Assembly: GCA_016196885.1 (NCBI GenBank)
Contig: JACPWU010000050.1
Location: 30,001-62,000, forward strand
Reading direction: 5' to 3'
From: Chlamydiota bacterium
GTDB lineage: Bacteria; Auribacterota; JACPWU01
DNA length: 32,000 nucleotides
Shown: in pieces, positions 8,664 to 16,322 of the stretch
How positions within the stretch are numbered: the first letter of the stretch is position 1
How the letters are laid out: each line of letters begins with the position of its first letter
Program-made: the position numbers and the translations under genes
The notes under the pieces: model-generated
Seen by the model: the letters and a program-made list of their open reading frames with translations, nothing else
Told to the model about the DNA's origin: nothing
The model's database searches: none

Positions 8664-10128
8664 GGCTTAGTTCAAAGGCCGAACGCACTTGATCCTTAAA
8701 ATATCTCCCCCTCTCCTCAAAATTCTTGAACTGATCAAAACTCGAACAGCCCGGAGAAAGTAAAACCGTATCCTGTGGAGAAACTTGCTCTCTCAAAACA
8801 TGAACCACGTCTTTCAAAGAAGAACAAAGTAGAGACTTACAGGCATCCTTCAACTTTTCGTAAATCAAAGGTCCTGCCTCTCCATAAAAATAGGCCTTTT
8901 TCACCTTTCCTGAAAGAAGAGGCTTTAAAAGTTCAAAATCCCCCCCCTTGAAACGTCCTCCTGCTAACCAAAGAATGGGTTTTGGAAAAACCTCTAAGGC
9001 TGATCGTACCGCATCCACACTGGTCGCCTTAGAATCATTCACCCAACGGGCCCCTTCCCACTTCGCAAATATCTCTTGACGATGTTCCAAACCTGAAAAA
9101 GAGGAAACGGTACGACGAATGGTTTCTAAAGAAATCCCGCATAAAGAGGCAGCAGTCACTGCAAACATCACATTTTCTAAATTGTGCTTGCCAGGAAGAG
9201 CAATGTCTTCCACGGGCATGATTTCATGAATGTAATCGTGACTTAATGAAGTCCCTTTAACCCCTCCAACTCCCCTTAAATAAGGGGAGGGCTGCTCCCC
9301 TCTTATGTTAAGAGGGGTTGGGGGAGTTAATGAATTTTTTCCATCATTGAAGCTTTTCATCCTCACACATAAAATCCTATTTTTAACAAAACATCCTTTC
9401 TCTTCCACCCCTTTAGAATTTATAAAAAGAGTCTTCACATGGGATGACGCAAAAGAAGCGCAAGAACGATTGACCAGGGCCCAATCTTCTTCATTTTGAT
9501 TGCGAAAAATATGGGCCTTGGCCGACCCATACGCTTCCATAGAAGGGTAACGATCTAAATGATTGGCTGTCACATTTAATAAGAGACTGACCCATGGCTT
9601 CAAATTTCCAATCGCCTCCAATTGAAAAGAACTCACCTCTAATACCCAAATTTCTGTCAGGGGATTCTCAAGCACAGCCCTCGATAAACTCAAGCCGATA
9701 TTCCCAGCCAAAGTCGCCTTAAGACCTGCGTCGCTTAAAATTTTCCAAATCAAAGTGGCCGTCGTACTTTTTCCATTGCTTCCCGTCACAGCAATGATTT
9801 TGCCGGATAAAAATTGACTTGCCCATTCCAACTCCCCCAAAACGGGAACCCCTCTAGCTGACAAATTTTTCACGAGCGGCATATCCAAGGGAATCCCTGG
9901 ACTTAAAATTGCAAAATCTACCTCTCGACAAAAATTTTCAGAATGAATCCCCAATTCTACTTCCACTCCTACCGTAGGAAGCTTCTCAGCCCTGTGAATC
10001 ACCTCTTCACCACAGGAAGAATCTGTCACACGCACAGAAGCGCCCAATGATTTCAGGAGCAAACTCGCGCCCAAACCCGACTCGCCTAAACCAATGACCA
10101 ATGCTTTTTTACCAATCAAAGATTGCAT
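8656..10128 (-). CDS. murD: UDP-N-acetylmuramoylalanine--D-glutamate ligase carrying a 28-aa in-frame insertion
   Basis: GLGESGLGASLLLK, VTGSNGKSTTATL, LPGKHNLENVMFA, NDSKATSVDA. At 490 aa it is longer than usual because of the 9251-9334 insertion. Confidence 0.9.
   Translation of the reverse strand: MQSLIGKKALVIGLGESGLGASLLLKSLGASVRVTDSSCGEEVIHRAEKLPTVGVEVELGIHSENFCREVDFAILSPGIPLDMPLVKNLSARGVPVLGELEWASQFLSGKIIAVTGSNGKSTTATLIWKILSDAGLKATLAGNIGLSLSRAVLENPLTEIWVLEVSSFQLEAIGNLKPWVSLLLNVTANHLDRYPSMEAYGSAKAHIFRNQNEEDWALVNRSCASFASSHVKTLFINSKGVEEKGCFVKNRILCVRMKSFNDGKNSLTPPTPLNIRGEQPSPYLRGVGGVKGTSLSHDYIHEIMPVEDIALPGKHNLENVMFAVTAASLCGISLETIRRTVSSFSGLEHRQEIFAKWEGARWVNDSKATSVDAVRSALEVFPKPILWLAGGRFKGGDFELLKPLLSGKVKKAYFYGEAGPLIYEKLKDACKSLLCSSLKDVVHVLREQVSPQDTVLLSPGCSSFDQFKNFEERGRYFKDQVRSAFELSRV
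9251..9334. mobile_element. 84-bp structured palindromic insertion inside murD, bounded by 8-bp direct repeats (MITE/RPE-like)
   Basis: TTAATGAA occurs at 9243-9250 and again at 9327-9334, exactly 84 nt apart. Between them, an outer stem (ttaacccctccaa / ttgggggagttaa, 2 mismatches) encloses two 9-bp hairpins: ctcccctta-aa-taaggggag and cccctctta-tgt-taagagggg. The insertion translates in frame as TPPTPLNIRGEQPSPYLRGVGGVKGTSL. Confidence 0.55.
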
Positions 10129-10195
10129 AATTTAATTTCAATAATCTTTCGAGATCATCGTAGAGGACGAAAGTTCTCCCCATCATGCTTTTTTT
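10129..10195 (-). repeat. Conserved leader module, copy 1 (directly 5' of the murD ATG on the mRNA), including the T7/A7 tract
   Basis: The 40-nt string gaaagttctccccatcatgctttttttgtagtcgcccgatt is identical to that in 16380-16419. The flanking atctttcgagatcatcg is also shared. It contains a uORF that starts ATGATG at 10186. Confidence 0.8.
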
Positions 10196-10349
10196 GTAGT
10201 CGCCCGATTTATCCCCCCACCCAATCCAGCTGTTATCTTTAGCACGTTCGTAAGCTTATGACCCGTGCATTGATCGCTAAACAATCCCGCCACCTTGGAT
10301 AGATTGGGTGGGGGGATGAATCGGGCAGCCCCATAAATGGGGCGACTAC
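10196..10349. repeat. REPIN-like inverted REP doublet with GTAG heads, copy 1 (carries a nested insertion)
   Basis: GTAGTCGCCCGAT...ATCGGGC is followed by the inverted GCCCCATAAATGGGGCGACTAC. Each half is GTAG plus a short palindrome. The outer 10-bp stem is TGTAGTCGCC/GGCGACTACA. Confidence 0.6.
10211..10317. mobile_element. 107-nt insertion with perfect 16-bp terminal inverted repeats, nested in the loop of the first REP hairpin
   Basis: ATCCCCCCACCCAATC (10211-10226) is the exact reverse complement of GATTGGGTGGGGGGAT (10302-10317). The homologous REP in copy 2 has only cccgaTTCAtcggg at this position. Confidence 0.55.
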
Positions 10350-10355
10350 AAAGAG

Positions 10356-10480
10356 TCCAAAATCCAAAAATCAAAATGCAAAATGACAATTCAAAAATTA
10401 AATTTTTTCAACGCAACAATATTAGAAACATTTTGGATTTTGGTATGTCATTTTGATGTTTGATGTTTGGATTTTTAATT
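10356..10480. repeat. Type D heptamer hairpin (CAAAATN / AT-only units), copy 1
   Basis: Left arm reads tccaaaa tccaaaa atcaaaa tgcaaaa tgacaat tcaaaaa; right arm reads ttttgga ttttggt atgtcat tttgatg tttgatg tttggat. The mraY stop codon (10480-10482) lies at the end of the right arm. Confidence 0.8.
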
Positions 10481-11577
10481 TATCTTAATTTCAGCACCCC
10501 CAAACTCAACAATGCAAAAATCGCCGCCAAAATCCAAAATCGAATCGTCACCTTTGTCTCAGGCCAACCCTTCACCTCAAAATGATGATGGAGAGGGGCC
10601 ATCTTAAAAATCCTTTTTCTTCGCAATTTAAAAGAGCCCACCTGGAGCATCACGGAAAGGGCCTCGATCACAAAAACACCTCCCACAATGAAAAGCATCA
10701 TCTCTTGTTTAGAAAGAAGCGCAACCACACCCAAGCTCCCGCCCAAGGCCAAAGACCCTGTATCCCCCATAAAAACTTGAGCAGGATAAGCATTATACCA
10801 AAGAAACCCCAGACCCGCCCCTACGAGGCTAGCGCAAAAAACGGTCAATTCTCCAACCCCTGCGACCGGTTGAAGTTGAAGGTAGGTCGCAAATTTGACA
10901 TTGCCGACGAGATAAGTCAATGCCGAAAAAACCAGGGCAGAAACCGTCACACACCCAATCGCCAAACCATCCAAACCATCCGTCAAATTCACCGCATTCG
11001 ACGATCCGACAAAAACACTCAATAAAAATATAAGATAAAAAAATCCCAAATCGAAAGTCCAGTTTTTAAGAAAAGGAAGACTCACATGACTAAAAAAGGG
11101 TTGCAGATGATGTTCATGCCTCATGAAGAGCCAAAGAACAACAGCCAAGAGAATTTGCACCACAAATTTTGTCTTGGCCCTCACACCTAAAGACCTTTTA
11201 TTTTTCAATTTTAAATAATCATCCCAAGCCCCCAAAAACCCAAGACCCGTCACACAAAAGACAGTGATCCACACAAAATGATTGGTTAGATCAGACCAAA
11301 GAAAAACGGAAATTAAAATTGCGAGGAGAATCAAAGCCCCGCCCATGGTGGGCGTTCCTTCTTTACTGCGATGAAGGGCAAAAAGAGGCGGGCATTCTTC
11401 TTTGCGAATGTTCTGGCCTACTTTGAGAGAATACAATTTTCGAATGAGCCACGGGCCCAAAAAGAGGGTCATCGCAAAAGCTGTCACAGCTGCAAAGGCC
11501 GCCCGGAAGGTGATGTAACGGAAGACGTTAAAGGGGGAAAAAATTTCTCTTAAAGGATATAACAAATGATACAGCAT
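10480..11577 (-). CDS. mraY: Phospho-N-acetylmuramoyl-pentapeptide transferase
   Basis: MLYHLLYPL..FNVFRYITFRAAFA, PTMGG, NAVNLTDGLDGLA, VFMGDTGSLALGG, APLHHHFE. Confidence 0.95.
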   Translation of the reverse strand: MLYHLLYPLREIFSPFNVFRYITFRAAFAAVTAFAMTLFLGPWLIRKLYSLKVGQNIRKEECPPLFALHRSKEGTPTMGGALILLAILISVFLWSDLTNHFVWITVFCVTGLGFLGAWDDYLKLKNKRSLGVRAKTKFVVQILLAVVLWLFMRHEHHLQPFFSHVSLPFLKNWTFDLGFFYLIFLLSVFVGSSNAVNLTDGLDGLAIGCVTVSALVFSALTYLVGNVKFATYLQLQPVAGVGELTVFCASLVGAGLGFLWYNAYPAQVFMGDTGSLALGGSLGVVALLSKQEMMLFIVGGVFVIEALSVMLQVGSFKLRRKRIFKMAPLHHHFEVKGWPETKVTIRFWILAAIFALLSLGVLKLR

Positions 11578-11587
11578 GAAACCTCAA

Positions 11588-13039
11588 TCAAACGGGGTGG
11601 GTCGCAGGTAATATTTCTTTACGATAATGATGCTGACCCTGAAGTTGGACGACCAAGGCTCGGACGATCCCTTCCATCCCCATGGCCCTGGATCCCTTTA
11701 CCAACACGGCATCTGAATCTCCTAAAATACTCAAATGATGTAAAACCTCTTCATGGCTCTCACACATCACACTGGCCGATTTTGGAAAACCCTTTTTTCT
11801 TACTTCTTCAACCATTAAACTCGACAAAGGCCCCATGCTGATCACAATATCTACCTGTGCCTTTAAAACCTCTGTGGCCAAAGCCCGATGCCAATGGGCC
11901 TCATCCTCTCCCAAATCCAACATATCGGCGCAAACAAAAATTTTCTTTCCAACAACTTTCATCGCCTTAAAAGTTTCCAGCGCGGCCGCCATAGATTGAG
12001 GATTGGCGTTATAGGCATCATTGACAATAGCAACGCCGCCCACGCGGGTTACATCCCATCGCATGGAAGGCAACTTCAATTGCGAAGCCTTCTCAAACAT
12101 CTCATACCAAGGCACTCCCAGGACATGCCCTATGCACAAAGCCCCTAAAACATTATAAACATGATGAAGCCCGATAAATGGAATTTTCATCATGCCCAAT
12201 TCTTTCCCTTCAAAAATCAATGAGAACCGTGTGGCATATCCTTTGAGAAGCTCAATTTTCGAGGCCCTCAACTGCCCCCCTTCATAAATCCCAAAAGAGA
12301 AAAGAGGCCCTTGATAGGTCTTGGCCTTTTTCCGAAGGAGAGAATCATCCTCATTGTAAATTCCAACCCCTCCATTCAACCCCGCGATCAAATTCCATTT
12401 TTCCTCAAGAACGCCTTCTAAGCCCTTGAGCATTTTCAAATGGGAGGGTCCTACATTTAAAACCACACCCACTGTTGGGGACGCTATAGAAACAAGTTTT
12501 TCAATCTCTCCCGGGCCGCTTGTTCCCATTTCGACAGAGCAGGTCCGATGCGCGGCTCGAAACTTTAAAAGAGTGAGAGGAACCCCCAAATGATTGTTCA
12601 AGGTCCCTTCATTTTTAAGATTGGGACCCAAGGGCTCGAGCATGACCGCCGTCATTTCTTTCACCGTTGTTTTTCCGCAAGAGCCTGTAATCCCAATCAC
12701 AGGAATCGAAAAGAGACACCGATAGTGACTGGCCAACCTCTGAACCGTTTCAAGTCCATCCTCCACATAACCCACTGCGATTTCGCCTCGACGAAGCAAG
12801 TCCATAGAAGCTCCATCCAGCAGACGACTCATCAAAACACCCTTGGCCCCTTTTGAAACGGCTTCTCGGACAAAATCATTTCCATCAAATTTAGGGCCCT
12901 TCAAGGCAATAAAAAGATCCCCGGCATTTATTTTTCTCGAATCTGTCGAAACCCCTTCAAAAGGGGTAAAAGAGCGCCCAAAAACATGACGGGCACTTGT
13001 ATAATTCAAAACTTGTTCAAATGTCAGAAAATCACTCAT
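11588..13039 (-). CDS. murF: UDP-N-acetylmuramoyl-tripeptide--D-alanyl-D-alanine ligase
   Basis: TDSRKINAGDLFIALKG, GITGSCGKTTVKEM, NDAYNANPQSM, LVKGSRAMGME. Confidence 0.93.
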   Translation of the reverse strand: MSDFLTFEQVLNYTSARHVFGRSFTPFEGVSTDSRKINAGDLFIALKGPKFDGNDFVREAVSKGAKGVLMSRLLDGASMDLLRRGEIAVGYVEDGLETVQRLASHYRCLFSIPVIGITGSCGKTTVKEMTAVMLEPLGPNLKNEGTLNNHLGVPLTLLKFRAAHRTCSVEMGTSGPGEIEKLVSIASPTVGVVLNVGPSHLKMLKGLEGVLEEKWNLIAGLNGGVGIYNEDDSLLRKKAKTYQGPLFSFGIYEGGQLRASKIELLKGYATRFSLIFEGKELGMMKIPFIGLHHVYNVLGALCIGHVLGVPWYEMFEKASQLKLPSMRWDVTRVGGVAIVNDAYNANPQSMAAALETFKAMKVVGKKIFVCADMLDLGEDEAHWHRALATEVLKAQVDIVISMGPLSSLMVEEVRKKGFPKSASVMCESHEEVLHHLSILGDSDAVLVKGSRAMGMEGIVRALVVQLQGQHHYRKEILPATHPV

Positions 13040-13049
13040 TTGTATTAAC

Positions 13050-14531
13050 TCATTCCTGAAGACTGTACGCTACACGCTGTACGCTTTCTTTTACCACAGC
13101 CACATCATCAAAGGGAATTTGAAAAGCACCGATTTGCTGAAATTTTTCATGCCCCTTTCCTGCAACCAAAACCACATCCCCACGTCTAGCCAAATCGAGT
13201 GCCCTGTCAATCGCTGTGCGACGATCCGAAATCTTTTCAAAGGGAATTTTTTCCTCTGCCACACCCGCCTCAATTTCGCAAATAATCTTCTCAGGATCTT
13301 CGCTCCGTGGATTGTCCGAAGTGATAATGACAAAATCCGAAAAATGGGCGGCCGAGCACCCCATTTTAGGACGCTTCGAGCGATCTCGATCGCCCCCACA
13401 TCCAAAGAGAGTGATCAAGCGCCCCTTCACCAAGGGTCTCAATGTTTCCAAAACATTACGAAGGGCCTCTTCGGTATGCGCGTAATCTACGATCACCTGA
13501 AAGGGGGCATCCAGAGAAACAAATTCCATTCGGCCGGGAACATTCTTAAAATTTTCCAAACCTTCCTTGATTTTTTCTGGATACATTCCCAATACCCACC
13601 CAACTGCAAAGGCAGCCAGGGCATTGTAAACATTAAACCGCCCAATCAAAGGAAGTCTTAACGAAAGACTCCCATTCGGAAACACCACCTCAAAAGAACT
13701 CCCCCCCATATCGGATTCAAGATGACGAGCCTGAATCATGGCCCCTTGAGAAAGTCCATAGCTGATGAGTCGAGCCTTTGACAACGCCTCCACCCTTGCA
13801 CCCCAAGGATCGTCATGATTCACCACTGCGAAACCCTCTGGACTTAATAAATCTCTAAACAAAATCGCCTTGGCGGAAAAATAATTCTCTAAATTTTGAT
13901 GATAATCCAAATGATCCTGAGAAAGATTCGTGAAAACGGCAACATCAAAGGAAATACCGTCCAGCCGCCCTTGCCCAAGGGCATGGCTAGAGGCTTCTAG
14001 CACCACCGATTGAGAACCCTGATCTAACATGTCACGAAAATATTTTTGCAAGTCGAGTGACTCGGGCGTCGTTCTCTCAGCAGGGATCAAACGCCTTCCC
14101 ATCTTGTAATAAACCGTTCCTAAAAGACCCGGATGATCCCCTCTTCCCCGTAGAAGAGATTCAATCAAAAAACTCACCGTCGTCTTCCCATTGGTCCCGG
14201 TCACTCCCACCACAGTTAAACCCTCAGCCGGATTTTCATAAAAGGCACAGGCCAACTGGGCCATGGCACGTCTGGCATCCTTCACCACAAAACAAGAAAC
14301 ATTTTTAAATCTTATATTTTCATCTTCCACACACAACGCCACCGCACCGCGAGATACGGCATCCTCCGCGAAATCCTTCCCATCCCTCTTCTCGCCGCGC
14401 CAAGCGATAAAAAGATGCCCCGGCTCCACTTTTCTGGAATCGAAACTAATCCCGCTGATGAGAACATGCGGATCTCCGTGGAAGGATAAAATTTCAAGAC
14501 CTTTGATTAAAGAAGACAATGATATATGCAT
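13050..14531 (-). CDS. murE: UDP-N-acetylmuramoyl-L-alanyl-D-glutamate--2,6-diaminopimelate ligase
   Basis: FDSRKVEPGHLFIAWRG, GVTGTNGKTTVSFL, DYAHTEEAL, ITSDNPRSEDP (DNPR motif). I prefer the ATG at 14531 (MHISLSS). The 22 extra N-terminal residues in the ORF track (SNWRLDHWKLNCHWKFGIGNF) are a read-through of the type A repeat. Confidence 0.92.
   Translation of the reverse strand: MHISLSSLIKGLEILSFHGDPHVLISGISFDSRKVEPGHLFIAWRGEKRDGKDFAEDAVSRGAVALCVEDENIRFKNVSCFVVKDARRAMAQLACAFYENPAEGLTVVGVTGTNGKTTVSFLIESLLRGRGDHPGLLGTVYYKMGRRLIPAERTTPESLDLQKYFRDMLDQGSQSVVLEASSHALGQGRLDGISFDVAVFTNLSQDHLDYHQNLENYFSAKAILFRDLLSPEGFAVVNHDDPWGARVEALSKARLISYGLSQGAMIQARHLESDMGGSSFEVVFPNGSLSLRLPLIGRFNVYNALAAFAVGWVLGMYPEKIKEGLENFKNVPGRMEFVSLDAPFQVIVDYAHTEEALRNVLETLRPLVKGRLITLFGCGGDRDRSKRPKMGCSAAHFSDFVIITSDNPRSEDPEKIICEIEAGVAEEKIPFEKISDRRTAIDRALDLARRGDVVLVAGKGHEKFQQIGAFQIPFDDVAVVKESVQRVAYSLQE
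13063..13085. repeat. Type B heptamer array, solo arm, inside the murE 3' end
   Basis: ctgtacg ctacacg ctgtacg ct. It encodes the MurE tail ..VQRVAYS.. on the minus strand. Confidence 0.6.
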
Positions 14532-14534
14532 AAA

Positions 14535-14609
14535 ATTCCCAATACCAAATTTCCAATGACAATTTAATTTCCAATGATCCAATCTCCAATTGGACATTTG
14601 TCATTGGTT
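14535..14609. repeat. Type A heptamer element, copy 2 (asymmetric: long left arm, short right arm)
   Basis: aattccc aatacca aatttcc aatgaca ... ccaattggacatttgtcattggtta. It shares the CCAATTGGACATT core. The ccaatgacaa/ttgtcattgg 10-bp stem is present. The ftsI stop and last codons (..NTNQ*) lie inside the element. Confidence 0.75.
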
Positions 14610-16322
14610 AGTATTTTCTTCCTCTCTCGCCAACATTCGATCGGGCACAACCTCTAAGTAACGCATCAATGCACTCGCCAACTCTTGAAAAGCAGGGGCC
14701 GCCACCGTCCCTCCATAATGAAAATGCTGAGGCTCATTGACGACCACCAAAATCACCGCCTCTGGATGATCTGCCGGCAAAAAACCAATAAAAGAAGAAA
14801 CAAATTTAGAATGAGAATATCCACCCGCCGGATCCGCTTTCTGAGCCGTTCCTGTTTTCCCCGCCACAGAATATCCGTCTACACGGGCATTATAACCTGT
14901 CCCCTGGGAGCTCACGACCCCTTTCATCGCCTCCACAATTTGATCCACTGTTTCTCGAGAAATCACGCGATCCTGTTTCTCTGTTAGATTTTCTAAAATC
15001 ACATTCCCATCTCGATCCACAATTTTCCGAATCAATCGAGGTTTCACCAAAACGCCCCCATTCGCCAATGCACAATAAGCCCTCACCAACTGCATGGCTG
15101 TCACCGTCATCTCCTGCCCCATCGGAATCATATAAGGCGAGAGCTTAGACCATTTGGAAAGAGGATGCAAGAGTCCCGATACTTCTCCCGGTAAATCCAC
15201 TCCCGTCATACGCCCAAATCCAAATTTACTCATATAGTTATAAAGATTTTTCGCACCCAATCTGCATCCTATTTTGGCCATTCCAATGTTGCTGGACTTC
15301 GAAACGATCTCATGCACCGCCAGGGTCCCATAAGGATGAGCATCATGAAGGACATGCCCTCCCCCAATCGAAAAGGAGCCCTTCTCACAATAGAACCGAT
15401 CCGAAAGTTTCACCACCCCCTCTTCCAAAGCGGCAGACACAATCAAAGGCTTCAAGGTGGACCCCGGCTCAAAAAAATCCGTCAGGGCTCGGTCGCGCCG
15501 CACATCCAGAGATGTCTTCGACGCTTGATTCACATCATAAGAAGGACGATTGACAAAGGCCAAAATATCTCCGCTTTTAGGATTCATCACAACGAGGCTG
15601 GCGCTTTGAGGATTAAATTGCTCCATGACTTTATCCAATTGAGCCTCCGCCAATGTCTGAATGGTGGCATCAATCGTCAAAATCAAATCCAAACCGTCTT
15701 GAGGTTCTACCTCAAAGCGCCTGGATGTCAACACCTCTCGGCCCGTAGCATCCTTCTCCGTCAGTCGCCATCCAGGTTTGCCCCTCAAGTAACGATCAAA
15801 CTTCAGTTCCAGCCCCTCCAAACCCTGATCATCTAATCCCGTAAAACCCAACACATGACCCAACAATTTCCCGCCTGGATAAACACGCCTGGACTCCTCC
15901 AGCGTATAAATCCCAGGTAATTTGAGGGCAATCACCTCTGACGCTTTATCTGGCTCAATCTTGCGCTTAATCCAAACAAAATGTTTTTCTTTAGAGAAGC
16001 GTTTTAAAATTATTTTTCTATCTACATTCAGGGCCTTTGCCAAAACCTTGGCCACCTTTTCAGGGTCCTTGACTTGGGCAGGAACTGCATAAAAAGATTT
16101 CACAGGAACGCTGATCGCTAAATCCCGACCCTGGCAATCCACAATTTTCCCTCTTTTGGGAGGAAGTGGAATCGTCAAACGCTGCTGTTGGGAGGCCTTC
16201 TCCACAAAAAAATCGTGCCACAGCACCTGAAGAAAAAAAAGGCGAATCACCAAAATCGTCAAGGCACCCAAAAGAAAAATAGCCACTAGTAAAGAACGAA
16301 ACTTATGCGTAAATTTGACCAT
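14601..16322 (-). CDS. ftsI: Division-specific class B penicillin-binding protein (transpeptidase) FtsI/PBP3
   Basis: N-terminal TM, a PBP dimerisation region, and the active-site triad motifs STLKP, SSN and KTGTA. Confidence 0.92.
   Translation of the reverse strand: MVKFTHKFRSLLVAIFLLGALTILVIRLFFLQVLWHDFFVEKASQQQRLTIPLPPKRGKIVDCQGRDLAISVPVKSFYAVPAQVKDPEKVAKVLAKALNVDRKIILKRFSKEKHFVWIKRKIEPDKASEVIALKLPGIYTLEESRRVYPGGKLLGHVLGFTGLDDQGLEGLELKFDRYLRGKPGWRLTEKDATGREVLTSRRFEVEPQDGLDLILTIDATIQTLAEAQLDKVMEQFNPQSASLVVMNPKSGDILAFVNRPSYDVNQASKTSLDVRRDRALTDFFEPGSTLKPLIVSAALEEGVVKLSDRFYCEKGSFSIGGGHVLHDAHPYGTLAVHEIVSKSSNIGMAKIGCRLGAKNLYNYMSKFGFGRMTGVDLPGEVSGLLHPLSKWSKLSPYMIPMGQEMTVTAMQLVRAYCALANGGVLVKPRLIRKIVDRDGNVILENLTEKQDRVISRETVDQIVEAMKGVVSSQGTGYNARVDGYSVAGKTGTAQKADPAGGYSHSKFVSSFIGFLPADHPEAVILVVVNEPQHFHYGGTVAAPAFQELASALMRYLEVVPDRMLAREEENTNQ

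Noticed and set aside
10183-10389. 68-aa minus-strand ORF (MSFCILIFGFWTLC...) in the mraY|murD spacer
   Set aside because: It is made entirely of REPIN, nested-insertion and type D repeat sequence. It has no SD, and the homologous copy at 16400-16520 does not keep the frame. It is a translation artefact of repeats.
13119-13661. Long antisense ORFs inside real genes (13119-13661 +, 15312-15836 +, 10582-11025 +, 22246-22716 +, 26747-27208 +, 29799-30308 +, 21015-21458 +)
   Set aside because: They lie opposite strongly recognisable conserved genes (murE, ftsI, mraY, gcvPA, rpoD, dnaG/cvpA, gcvPB). Their composition is low-complexity and rich in Arg, Ser and Pro, they have no motifs and no SD. 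They are shadow ORFs.
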